DNA from: Ignisphaera sp.
GTDB taxonomy: Archaea; Thermoproteota; Thermoprotei_A; Sulfolobales; Ignisphaeraceae
Reading direction: 5' to 3'
DNA length: 61,262 bases
Assembly (NCBI GenBank): GCA_038821645.1
Contig: JAWBDT010000011.1
Location: forward strand, 1 to 61,262
Part shown: positions 52,266-61,262 of the stretch, piece by piece
Layout of the letters: every line of letters begins with the position of its first letter
Position numbering within the stretch: the stretch's first letter is position 1
Translations under genes and position numbers: made by a program
The notes under the pieces: model-generated
Databases searched by the model: none
Told to the model about the DNA's origin: nothing
What the model saw: the letters and a program-made list of their open reading frames with translations, nothing else

Positions 52266-54086
52266 TTACAACTGCATTAGAAACGCTGAATACTCGGGTT
52301 CTTTAGATGATTTAATCTTTATTATCTCTTTTAACGTCTCTATGGATTCCTTATCAAGTTCTTTTCTAAATTTAGACACCAAAAGCTTAACATGATTGAG
52401 TGGAATATTAGAATATAGTATATCTCCTTCCTTTATATGTCTACCAACCATAACGTTACCTTTAATAGATATAGCTACTTCTTGACCTTTTCTAGCCTCT
52501 TTCAATGTTGTACCCATGTGCTGTATCTGTTGAACCTCGCCTATGTCTCTTCCATCAATTCTCATCAATGGGGTACCAGGCCTTAGCACACCCCCTAGAA
52601 TCTCTACACCAACTATTGCTGGATCACTTCTTCTGAAAACATAACCTGGAAGTATCTTAATCTTTACAGGTAACACTATGGATTCAAGTTCTTTCTCTAT
52701 ATCACGTTTCTTTTCTTCTTCAATCCAGTTCAGATAATCTTCAAGCAGCTTATATATTATATTACCTGTAAACACTTTGATGTTCTCTCTCTTGAGCATC
52801 TCTTCTGCATCTGGCAGAGGTTTTACATTGAATAAAAGCACCGCACCTAGATATTTATTATCTTTAGCAACTATGGAGGCTTCTATAACTTCTCTTTTAG
52901 TTAGAGGACCTACATCAGCTATTCTAATCGGTATAGATCTCTTTGATAATGCCGTAATCAGTGCTTCTAATGTGCCTAAGGTATCGGTTTTAACTATAAC
53001 ACCATTTACATCTTTTCTTATCCTAATCGATTCAACCTCCTCTAGCACACTCTTTTTGTATTCATCTACAACATTTTCATTTGGAATAACATAGAATGGT
53101 GAACCAGCTATAGCCTCTTCAATACCTGGAGCAACAACTCTTACACCTGCAGCAGCATAAACAGATTCAACAGGTCTGAGCTCGCTTTTAGCTACACGTA
53201 TATCAGTAAGAGGTTTAGGCATGAGAAGAGCTCTAACTCGTGTAACTATAGGACCATTAATTCCTGCTACAACGAACATGTCTTTTTCACGTAAAATACC
53301 ATCATATACAATAACATCTAGAGCCATTCCATAGCCTGGTTGCTCTTTAACTTCAAGAATGACTCCTTTAGCAGGTCCTTCAGCATACCTTAATCTTTCA
53401 GCCATATACCTTTGTGTGATTCCTGCTAATATAGCTAGAAGTTCTGGTAAACCTTCTCCTGTTTTAGCTGAAACAGGAACTATTGGTACTGTTGACATAA
53501 AGTCTTTAACTCTCTCGAAATATTCTACATTTAAATTTAAGCTTACTAAATGTGATATGAGTTTGTAGAGAGTTGCCTCAAATCGCTTAACTGTTTGAGG
53601 TGACTGTTTCTTGAGACTCATAATTATCGGTTCATCAGGATGCGGTATCCAGCCAGGGATCTTATCTATTTTGTTAGCTGCTATGATAAATGGTGTTCCT
53701 CTAGCTCTCAATATCTCTATGCTTTCAATAGTTTGAGGCATAATACCTTCATTTATATCTATAACAAGAATAGCTATATCAGCAACGCTACCTCCACGTT
53801 TTCTGAGGTTCGAGAAAAGCTCATGACCTGGTGTATCTATGAAAAGAAGGCCAGGTATGTCTAGCTTAAACTGTATCACTTTCTTTAATGGTGTTGCTAT
53901 TCTCTCAATTACAGATGATGGTACAAGACTTGCACCCACATGTTGCGTCATTTCTCCTGGCTCTTTTTTAACAACAGCTGTGCCTCTTATTTTATCTAAC
54001 AACGTTGTCTTACCATGATCAACATGACCTAGAACTACAACTATAGGTTGCCTCATCTTCCTCTCAGGTTTTGAATTGCTATACAT
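52266..54086 (-). CDS. infB: Translation initiation factor aIF5B (IF-2)
   Basis: GHVDHGKT, DTPGHE, NKID, FRRSDPAIVG; no intein. Confidence 0.97.
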   Translation of the reverse strand: MYSNSKPERKMRQPIVVVLGHVDHGKTTLLDKIRGTAVVKKEPGEMTQHVGASLVPSSVIERIATPLKKVIQFKLDIPGLLFIDTPGHELFSNLRKRGGSVADIAILVIDINEGIMPQTIESIEILRARGTPFIIAANKIDKIPGWIPHPDEPIIMSLKKQSPQTVKRFEATLYKLISHLVSLNLNVEYFERVKDFMSTVPIVPVSAKTGEGLPELLAILAGITQRYMAERLRYAEGPAKGVILEVKEQPGYGMALDVIVYDGILREKDMFVVAGINGPIVTRVRALLMPKPLTDIRVAKSELRPVESVYAAAGVRVVAPGIEEAIAGSPFYVIPNENVVDEYKKSVLEEVESIRIRKDVNGVIVKTDTLGTLEALITALSKRSIPIRIADVGPLTKREVIEASIVAKDNKYLGAVLLFNVKPLPDAEEMLKRENIKVFTGNIIYKLLEDYLNWIEEEKKRDIEKELESIVLPVKIKILPGYVFRRSDPAIVGVEILGGVLRPGTPLMRIDGRDIGEVQQIQHMGTTLKEARKGQEVAISIKGNVMVGRHIKEGDILYSNIPLNHVKLLVSKFRKELDKESIETLKEIIKIKSSKEPEYSAFLMQL

Positions 54087-54354
54087 TATCCGTCAGCCCA
54101 TAAACACCTTAAAATACAATTCACCATTTACCTGAATATATAGATAAGGTATTTTAGGATACATGACAATCTATTATCATTAGGTATATTGCTAATTAAT
54201 CTAAACCTAATACAAGGATTTGTTAACTGATATGGCTTTCCCAAACTATACCACATTATAATCACTTAGTTTCTTAATGAATTATATTACATGGATTAAA
54301 CCAACATAGTTTTTAAGGTTGTACAAGAGGTATTCTGAGATAAGAAGGTGAAAT

Positions 54355-55005
54355 ATGCTAATGCCAGAGTATGTAATAGTGATTTCAGATCCTCGTGTTA
54401 AGAAATCTAGAATAATACCTGTTAAGGTTGTTGGGCTAGAAAATTTAGAGTATGGAGAGAAACATAAGGAACAAAGAGTATTCCCAATAGTCAAAATGAA
54501 TCCAAGATTAATCGACATAATAAAACCTGAATTAGGGATCGTCATTGTGAGAATATGGAAGAATAAAGCTGACAGAGAGAAAGTAAGTCTTGTAGCTAAG
54601 GTAACTGAAGATCCCTCTATTGACGTAATGACAGTAGGGGTTCCATTAGCGTTTCTAACAGAAAAATTAGGTACAAGTCAAACGATAGGTGAAGTATTTC
54701 GTGCACCATCATTTCAGATAAGAGTATCAGATCCTGTAGCATCTAGGCTTATAGGTCTTAAAATAGGTGATAAAATTGATGGAAGACTAATAGGTTTTCC
54801 TAATATAACATTGGAGATAAGAGGAGGTTCTGATCTAGCAGGTTTCCCAATGAGAGCTGATGTTGAGGGTAGTGTTAAAAAATATCTGCTTCTTTCTGCT
54901 GGACCAGGTTATAGACCTAAAGAAAAAGGTGAGAGACGTAGAAAACTTGTGAGAGGTAACACAATATCGTCGGAGTTAGTACAGATAAATACTGTTATTG
55001 TTTAA
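54355..55005 (+). CDS. rps6e: 30S ribosomal protein S6e (long crenarchaeal form)
   Basis: GGSDLAGFPMR, KGERRRKLVRGN. Confidence 0.95.
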   Translation: MLMPEYVIVISDPRVKKSRIIPVKVVGLENLEYGEKHKEQRVFPIVKMNPRLIDIIKPELGIVIVRIWKNKADREKVSLVAKVTEDPSIDVMTVGVPLAFLTEKLGTSQTIGEVFRAPSFQIRVSDPVASRLIGLKIGDKIDGRLIGFPNITLEIRGGSDLAGFPMRADVEGSVKKYLLLSAGPGYRPKEKGERRRKLVRGNTISSELVQINTVIV

Positions 55006-55048
55006 CTAGATATAGAATTGAAATATGTTATAACAGTTGGGCTTGGTT

Positions 55049-56269
55049 ATGTCACATATACCTGAATTGAGTATAGGTATTGTTGGTCATGTAGATCACG
55101 GAAAGACTACGTTAGTTCAAGCCCTAACAGGACAATGGACTGCACGACATTCAGAAGAACTTAAAAGATCTATGACGATAAAGCTTGGATATGCCGATGG
55201 ATATTTAGTTCGTTGCAAAAATGTTGAAGATCATCAAGCATATAGAACCAATCTTCTATGTCCCAACGGATCTGAAGCAGAAATAATTAAGAGTGTATCC
55301 TATGTTGATGCACCTGGACATGAAATATTTATGGCTACAATGCTTTCAGGTGCTTCATTAATGGATGCCGCTATACTTGTTATAGCAGCCAATGAACCTT
55401 GTCCTCAACCACAAACAAGAGAACACCTTATGGCCTTAGACTTTATGGGTATAGATCAAGTTATTGTAGTACAGAATAAGATTGATGTAGTTACTAAGGA
55501 ACAAGCAAAAAGTAATTATAGACAGATATTGGATTTTCTTTCAACCACTAAATACTCAAAAGTTCCAATAATACCCATTAGTGCCTTGCATGGTGTTAAT
55601 CTCGATATGCTTGTCATGGCTATGGCAAAACTATTTAAAACACCAGAAAGAGATTTAAGTAAACCTGCATATATGTTAGTAGCTAGAAGTTTTGACGTTA
55701 ATCCCCCTGGTACACCACCAGAAAAACTTGTTGGAGGTGTTATAGGAGGGGGATTAATTAAAGGAGAAATCAGAGTAGGTGATGAAATAGAGATAAAACC
55801 TGGTATAAGAATTGTAGAAAAGGGATCTACAAGATTTGAACCTTTAACAACAAAAGTAGTTAGTATAAAGTATGGAACTAGAGATTCAAATCGAGCAATA
55901 CCTGGAGGACTTGTAGCTATAGGTACATCACTTGATCCATCATTAACCAAAGCAGATGCGCTAATAGGCAATATCGCAGGCCATACTGTACCAGATCCCG
56001 TTAACTCGCTACTAATAGAATATAGACTGTTTGAACGTGTTGTAGGAACGAAACAGCTTGAAATAGTAGAGTCGATAAAACCCAGGGAGAACTTAATGTT
56101 AACAATAGGGACTGCTGTAAGACTTGGTATTGTGACTAAAGTTACAAAAGATGAAATTGAAGTAACTATGAAAGAACCTGTAGTTATTGTACCTAAGATT
56201 AATGTAGCTATAGCTAGACAAGTTAAGGGTAGATGGAGATTAATAGGCTGGGGACGCATCAAGTCATGA
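55049..56269 (+). CDS. eif2g: Translation initiation factor aIF2 gamma
   Basis: GHVDHGKT, HSEELKR, DAPGHE, QNKID, RSFDVN, RWRLIGWG. Confidence 0.97.
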   Translation: MSHIPELSIGIVGHVDHGKTTLVQALTGQWTARHSEELKRSMTIKLGYADGYLVRCKNVEDHQAYRTNLLCPNGSEAEIIKSVSYVDAPGHEIFMATMLSGASLMDAAILVIAANEPCPQPQTREHLMALDFMGIDQVIVVQNKIDVVTKEQAKSNYRQILDFLSTTKYSKVPIIPISALHGVNLDMLVMAMAKLFKTPERDLSKPAYMLVARSFDVNPPGTPPEKLVGGVIGGGLIKGEIRVGDEIEIKPGIRIVEKGSTRFEPLTTKVVSIKYGTRDSNRAIPGGLVAIGTSLDPSLTKADALIGNIAGHTVPDPVNSLLIEYRLFERVVGTKQLEIVESIKPRENLMLTIGTAVRLGIVTKVTKDEIEVTMKEPVVIVPKINVAIARQVKGRWRLIGWGRIKS

Positions 56270-56691
56270 TCAAAACGTATTTCACATTCCCATGTATAGC
56301 TATTCTCGATACAAACATAATCTTACTTATAGCTCAAAATAAGATAAAGTACGATAATGTTATAGAAACCATAAATGGATGTATACCATCATTAATCCTG
56401 CCCATATACAATGAACTTAAGCGTATAGCTAGCGAAAATACTGAAAGAGGTAGACTCGCTCTATGGTCTTTAAATAACTTAGTAAGTAATCTCAATATGG
56501 TTCGTGTTGAAGGTGATGATATAGTTAAAGGTGATGAAGCTATACTTCATGTTATAAACAAGCTTAAGGATGTGACTAAAATTGTTGTTGTTACTGCAGA
56601 TATGGAATTAAAGAATAAGCTTATAAAGAACCGCATCCATGTTGTGTGGTATAGAGAAGCTAAAAATGGATTAGAGTCTATCACTTTTTAA
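56266..56691 (+). CDS. PIN-domain protein (Fcf1/Utp24-like)
   Basis: ILDTN, ELKR, GDEAIL, VVTADMELK; ATGA overlap with aIF2-gamma. Confidence 0.82.
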   Translation: MIKTYFTFPCIAILDTNIILLIAQNKIKYDNVIETINGCIPSLILPIYNELKRIASENTERGRLALWSLNNLVSNLNMVRVEGDDIVKGDEAILHVINKLKDVTKIVVVTADMELKNKLIKNRIHVVWYREAKNGLESITF

Positions 56692-56741
56692 TTTGAACAT
56701 ATGAGTGATATATACACAATCCGTTATGGTGATGATAACCA

Positions 56742-57317
56742 ATGTTCAGAATATATAGATTAAGCGATATAATTAGGATAGATCCATCAAAATTCGGTAA
56801 ACCGTTAGAAGAAATAGCTTTTGAAGAATTACGAAAAAAATATGAAGGATTGAAAGATAAGAACTTAGGACTTGTTTTAGCAATAATAAATATTAAAGTT
56901 GACCCAGAAGGTTTTATACCCTTAGGCGACGGTGCACCACACCACAGAGTTGAATTCGATGTATTAACCTATGTACCTATAATTAACGAAATTGTTGAAG
57001 GTCCTGTAAACATAGTTGGACGAATGGGTATTACTCTCAAAATAGGACCATTAGAAGGTTTTGTTCATATATCGCAAATAGCTGATGAAGAAGTTAAATA
57101 CGATCCTCTAAGAAATTCCATAGTTCTTACTCAAAGCAAAAAAATTATTACTCAAGGAGATATCGTAAGAGCTAGAGTTACATCTATATCATTTGGTCCT
57201 CAAGCAAAGCTACCTAGAATAAGTATGACAATGCGACAACCTTATCTAGGAAAACTTGAATGGATTGAAGAAAAGATACGAAAATCTTCTCTTCGTGATG
57301 AGCCTCGTAAGGTCTGA
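56742..57317 (+). CDS. rpoE1: RNA polymerase subunit Rpo7 (E')
   Basis: GDGA, GPLEGFVHISQI, GDIVRARV, TMRQPYLGKLEW. Confidence 0.96.
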   Translation: MFRIYRLSDIIRIDPSKFGKPLEEIAFEELRKKYEGLKDKNLGLVLAIINIKVDPEGFIPLGDGAPHHRVEFDVLTYVPIINEIVEGPVNIVGRMGITLKIGPLEGFVHISQIADEEVKYDPLRNSIVLTQSKKIITQGDIVRARVTSISFGPQAKLPRISMTMRQPYLGKLEWIEEKIRKSSLRDEPRKV

Positions 57318-57344
57318 CTAGTGATGTGAAGGGGATACTGATGC
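57292..57344 (+). ncRNA. Box C/D methylation guide sRNA overlapping the rpoE1 3' end
   Basis: C GTGATGA (57295-301), guide GCCTCGTAAGGT, D' CTGA (57314-17), C' GTGATGT (57321-27), guide GAAGGGGATA, D CTGA (57338-41). Confidence 0.85.
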
Positions 57345-57345
57345 T

Positions 57346-57744
57346 ATGGTTTGGATAACAAAACGTGAAGTTGCTTATTATGTCGTAATCAGACAAGTAT
57401 TCGAAGATAGACCATTCAATATAGGTGAGGCCCTAGACGTTCTAGCTATCTTAGGTAGCAAAACTATTGCTAGAAAAATTATAAAAAAACTAGTTTCACG
57501 AGGTCTTCTAGAGAAAATAGATAATACAACATACAGAGCGAAGAATTTTGATGATGTTTTAGCTACTATATTAAAAGAGTATATTGTTGAAAGGATAGCT
57601 AGAACATTAAGATCAAGAGGATTCAATGCAAAGAAAAACCTAGATAACAACTTGTTGATATATACATGTGATATTCAGTATATTGATTCTGTACTTAATC
57701 CATTAAAGAACATCATTAACATTAAGTATGTATGCACTTATTAG
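57346..57744 (+). CDS. Winged-helix domain protein
   Basis: FNIGEALDVL..KTIARKIIKKLVSRGLLEKID..Y. Confidence 0.65.
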   Translation: MVWITKREVAYYVVIRQVFEDRPFNIGEALDVLAILGSKTIARKIIKKLVSRGLLEKIDNTTYRAKNFDDVLATILKEYIVERIARTLRSRGFNAKKNLDNNLLIYTCDIQYIDSVLNPLKNIINIKYVCTY

Positions 57745-57804
57745 TATAGGTGTAAATATAAGTGTAAAAAAATTGTTAAAAGACTTTGTTGCAGATTCTC
57801 ATAG

Positions 57805-58098
57805 TTAATCTTTCTTTGTTATCACAATCTCTATTGTTGAAACTCTGCTTTGCCTACCTTCGCTTCCGGATATTGATTGACTGCCTATTGATATACCTTT
57901 GATCTCTACTTTACCCGGGAGGAATCTGTTTCTCACTATTTCAATAGCATCTACAGCTTTACTTATAGCTCTTCCTCTAGCTTTTACTATTATCTCACTA
58001 ACTCCTTGGTTTAATAGTGTTAGTATTGCTAATACATAGTTCATTACGGGTTTTTTACCTACAAGTACAGTGTTTGCAGCTGCTGGTGCCTGTGACAT
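57805..58098 (-). CDS. albA: DNA/RNA-binding protein Alba
   Basis: [30 protein letters not shown]. Confidence 0.97.
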   Translation of the reverse strand: MSQAPAAANTVLVGKKPVMNYVLAILTLLNQGVSEIIVKARGRAISKAVDAIEIVRNRFLPGKVEIKGISIGSQSISGSEGRQSRVSTIEIVITKKD

Positions 58099-58215
58099 TT
58101 TCAACCCTCTTCATGTTTTATATCTATGCTACTTTAGTATAACAAGGGTCTGGAATAAAAAGTTTGTTGAAATTTCGGTAATTTGAGTTACAGTTTTTTG
58201 AGTAATTCCTTAGTA

Positions 58216-61200
58216 ATGAGCATAATGCTTGGGCTAAGAACAGTGAGTATAGCTATCTACAGACACGGCTGTCCTCAATGTGGAGGAGACATAACTAATC
58301 TAGATATTAAAAAAGGATGTTGTAGAAAGTGTAGTACATTAAGTAAAAGAATTTCAGCTGTAGACGTTATACTAAGAGAGGCTGAAAATCTTGCACAATT
58401 CTTTACAGAGGTTACAGGATTTAAGCCATGGTCTCTTCAAAATTATTGGATAAAGCGCCTAGTCTCAGGAGAATCGTTTGCTATGGTTGCTCCTACAGGT
58501 GTAGGTAAATCTACATTGTTAGCTGTTTATTCACTATATAGGGCATACTTCTATAGGTCTAAAGTATACATAATTACTCCAACACGTGAGATAGCTAAAC
58601 AGATGTATCGAAAGATTATAGAATTTCTAGAAAAGATACAGAAGACAAGAACTTCTGAGGAAAGCATAAAAATAGTTTTATATGATTCATCTAATAGAAA
58701 TAACACCTTAGTTAAAGAAGATATAAGGAATGGAAATTTCCACATACTTATAACGTCTGTAGCATTTTTAACACGTTATAAAGATTTAGTCATAGACAAG
58801 AAAATAGATATAGTAATAGCCGATGATCTTGACTCAATAATGAAGAACTCCAAAAGCGTTGATAAGGTTCTATCACTCTTGGGGTTTAGTAACGAAGATA
58901 TTGATCTAGCTCAAAAAATCATTAAGTTGAGACAGAATCTTTTTGCCATAAAGATTGCCAAAGGTCAAGAAGCTACAGAAAGCCTTAGGAAAGAACTACT
59001 AGAACTTGAAGCAATTCTACGTAACAATATAGCAAAAAAGAGTGTTCAACTTGTTGTTGCATCAGCTACTGGAAGAATTAGAGGATTAAAGTCATTAGTG
59101 TTAAAACTCCTCTTGGGATTTGATGCAGGTGCTGTTTTTGAGTATTGGCGAAATATAGCAGATCTATACTATACCATAGACGAGAATTTTATGAGGATTT
59201 TGATTAATATTGTGAAAAAATTAGGTAGCGGTATAATTTTTGTGTCTCCGCTTTATAGAGATCTTATCAACATTATATCAGAGGAGCTTAAAAAACACAA
59301 TATAAGAGTTGAAGTAGCTAAAAGCGGAAACAAAGCTGTTGATAGATTCAGAAAAAGCGAAGTTGATGTTCTTATAGGCTCGACTTCTTATTACGGAATT
59401 TTAGTGAGAGGACTAGATGAACCACTTAGAATTAGATACACAATATTTGTAGGCATTCCAAGTATTGTAAGAGACATTTTAGATAGTCTTAACAATGTTA
59501 GATTCATGTATGCAGTACTTCGTGAACTGAAAATACTGGGCTACAATGTTGATCATCTCATAAATTCTGTAAGTAATATAGTCAAGAACTCTACACCATC
59601 CATGCTATATCTCTACTCAAAACTAATGAAAAAAGGTCTAATTGAGAATATATCAGAAGATGTAGCTCATAAAGTCATGGAACTCCAGAAGATTAAGGAA
59701 GCTGTATACAATTTCTTGAAAGATCATCTAAAGAAGACAAAAGTATTTGAATTAAAAGGTTTCGGTATAGTTACTAGAAAAGGCTCTAGGTACATATTCG
59801 TTAAACCTGATCCATATACCTATATCCAGGCTAGTGGAAGATGTTCTAGACTCTATAATGGGAGTAAAACATTCGGTGTCTCCATAGTTTTCGAAGAATA
59901 TGTAGAGCTTATACATATAATGGATAGAATTCTCAGAAAATTTATAGACTACTTCAGCTTTGACATCCTAGACATAAATAAACTTGATGAATATAGAGAA
60001 AAGATAGAGAAATCCAGACAGCCAGACACCAAGAAAGGTTATGGTGTTAACATATCTACTGCATTAATACTTGTCGAATCGCCAACGAAAGCTAAAACTA
60101 TTGCAAACATGTTTGGAAAACCAGCTAAAAGAAACATAGGTGGTTTCACAGTTTATGAAACCTTGATACCTTTACATAATCTAAAGACATATGTAGTAAT
60201 GATCATGCCAACTATGGGTCATGTAACAGATCTCATTATCGATGAAGGTATTTATGGTGTAAAAATTAACAATGGTATTTACGTTCCAATATATGATTTC
60301 ATAACTAAGTGTAGAAATTGTAATTCACAACATGTTGGTGTTTACGATTCTTGCCCTTACTGTGGTTCTCTAGATGTTATATCTAGTTCCTCTGTATATA
60401 ATGCAGCAAAAATGATTGCTACAGAAGTTGATGAAGTATTTTTAGCTATGGATCCTGACACCGAAGGAGAGAAAATTGCTTATGATCTCTACAATCTACT
60501 ACTACCATACAATAGTAATATATATAGAATAGAATTTAAAGAACTGACTCGAACGGCTTTACTTAATGCATTAAACAATCCAAGAGAGATAAATTTGGGA
60601 AGGGTTAAAGCTCAGATAGCACGAAGAATAGCAGATAGATGGATAGGGTTCGAGTTAAGCTTATGGCTTCAAATGAAACTTAATAAACCATGGCTAGGAG
60701 CAGGCAGAGTTCAAAGTCCAGTACTTTTATGGATAACATCTAGGTATAGAGAGTACAGAGAAGGATACGGTTATGCACTTCTACTAGACCTAGGAGGATA
60801 TACCGTAAAGATGTATCTAGGTAAAGGAGCTGAAGCTAGAGAAAAAGCTTTGAATCTGCTCGACAAGATCATTAAAGAAGGGTTGAAGGTAGAGCATATG
60901 AGAATTATCGAGAGAGAGATATCACCACCACCACCATTTACTACAGATACTTTAATATATGAAGCAAATGTACTCTACGGTTTTAGTGCTTCAAAAACCA
61001 TGGCACTAGCTCAATCACTTTTCGAATTAGGTCTCATAACATACCACAGAACAGATTCACCAAGAGTTTCCTCAATAGGTATCAGTATAGCTCATGAAGT
61101 ACTTAAGAAGCTCCATATGGAGAAACTACATTCTCCTAGGAGTTGGAATTCTAATTTGGGTAAAGAAGATGCTCACGAAGCAATCAGGCCTACAAATCCA

Positions 61201-61262
61201 ATTAGTGCTGAAGAACTTATAGAGCTAGTTATAAGAGGCGATATTGGTTTTATAACAAGGAT
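58216..61262 (+). CDS. rgy: Reverse gyrase (3' end outside window)
   Basis: Manual translation: CPQCG zinc finger, APTGVGKS, DDLD, TYIQASGR, VESPTKA, MDPDTEGE, AGRVQ, ITYHRTDS, AHEAIRPT; start and end are in the same frame. Confidence 0.95.
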   Translation, partial: MSIMLGLRTVSIAIYRHGCPQCGGDITNLDIKKGCCRKCSTLSKRISAVDVILREAENLAQFFTEVTGFKPWSLQNYWIKRLVSGESFAMVAPTGVGKSTLLAVYSLYRAYFYRSKVYIITPTREIAKQMYRKIIEFLEKIQKTRTSEESIKIVLYDSSNRNNTLVKEDIRNGNFHILITSVAFLTRYKDLVIDKKIDIVIADDLDSIMKNSKSVDKVLSLLGFSNEDIDLAQKIIKLRQNLFAIKIAKGQEATESLRKELLELEAILRNNIAKKSVQLVVASATGRIRGLKSLVLKLLLGFDAGAVFEYWRNIADLYYTIDENFMRILINIVKKLGSGIIFVSPLYRDLINIISEELKKHNIRVEVAKSGNKAVDRFRKSEVDVLIGSTSYYGILVRGLDEPLRIRYTIFVGIPSIVRDILDSLNNVRFMYAVLRELKILGYNVDHLINSVSNIVKNSTPSMLYLYSKLMKKGLIENISEDVAHKVMELQKIKEAVYNFLKDHLKKTKVFELKGFGIVTRKGSRYIFVKPDPYTYIQASGRCSRLYNGSKTFGVSIVFEEYVELIHIMDRILRKFIDYFSFDILDINKLDEYREKIEKSRQPDTKKGYGVNISTALILVESPTKAKTIANMFGKPAKRNIGGFTVYETLIPLHNLKTYVVMIMPTMGHVTDLIIDEGIYGVKINNGIYVPIYDFITKCRNCNSQHVGVYDSCPYCGSLDVISSSSVYNAAKMIATEVDEVFLAMDPDTEGEKIAYDLYNLLLPYNSNIYRIEFKELTRTALLNALNNPREINLGRVKAQIARRIADRWIGFELSLWLQMKLNKPWLGAGRVQSPVLLWITSRYREYREGYGYALLLDLGGYTVKMYLGKGAEAREKALNLLDKIIKEGLKVEHMRIIEREISPPPPFTTDTLIYEANVLYGFSASKTMALAQSLFELGLITYHRTDSPRVSSIGISIAHEVLKKLHMEKLHSPRSWNSNLGKEDAHEAIRPTNPISAEELIELVIRGDIGFITR

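Noticed and set aside
54355-55005. Long (216 aa) eS6
   Set aside because: The extended form is usual in Crenarchaeota
55516-56262. 248-aa antisense ORF
   Set aside because: Lies entirely opposite aIF2-gamma; composition typical of a codon-mirror shadow ORF
1-61262. CRISPR arrays, IS elements, defence systems
   Set aside because: No spaced direct repeats, transposase or cas-like ORFs seen

Overview
AT-rich window from a hyperthermophilic crenarchaeon. Gene content (reverse gyrase, Cren7-like protein, TFE-beta, intron-containing cbf5, long eS6) fits Desulfurococcales, possibly Ignisphaera-like; the taxon is an inference. It is almost entirely core genome: ribosomal proteins, RNA polymerase subunits, KEOPS, Nop5/fibrillarin/L7Ae/Cbf5, tRNA modification, isoprenoid synthesis, TopA, PCNA, PriL, class II RNR, thermosome, aIF5B/aIF2-gamma and tRNA-Ser(UGA). 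I saw no mobile elements or CRISPR arrays. The signal not shown in the ORF track is mostly at the RNA level: a 33-nt BHB intron splitting the catalytic Asp codon of cbf5; five box C/D guide sRNAs (a divergent pair apparently aimed at adjacent 23S peptidyl-transferase-centre sites, two apparently aimed at tRNA wobble U34, one of which overlaps the rpoE1 stop codon); and a k-turn over the rpl7ae RBS/start. There are also two genes that need non-canonical starts (ATA, CTG), an apparent ~50 kb inversion plus single-gene inversions in a conserved superoperon, and several motif-less enzyme homologs. Guide targets rest on recalled archaeal rRNA/tRNA consensus sequences that are not in this window and need checking.
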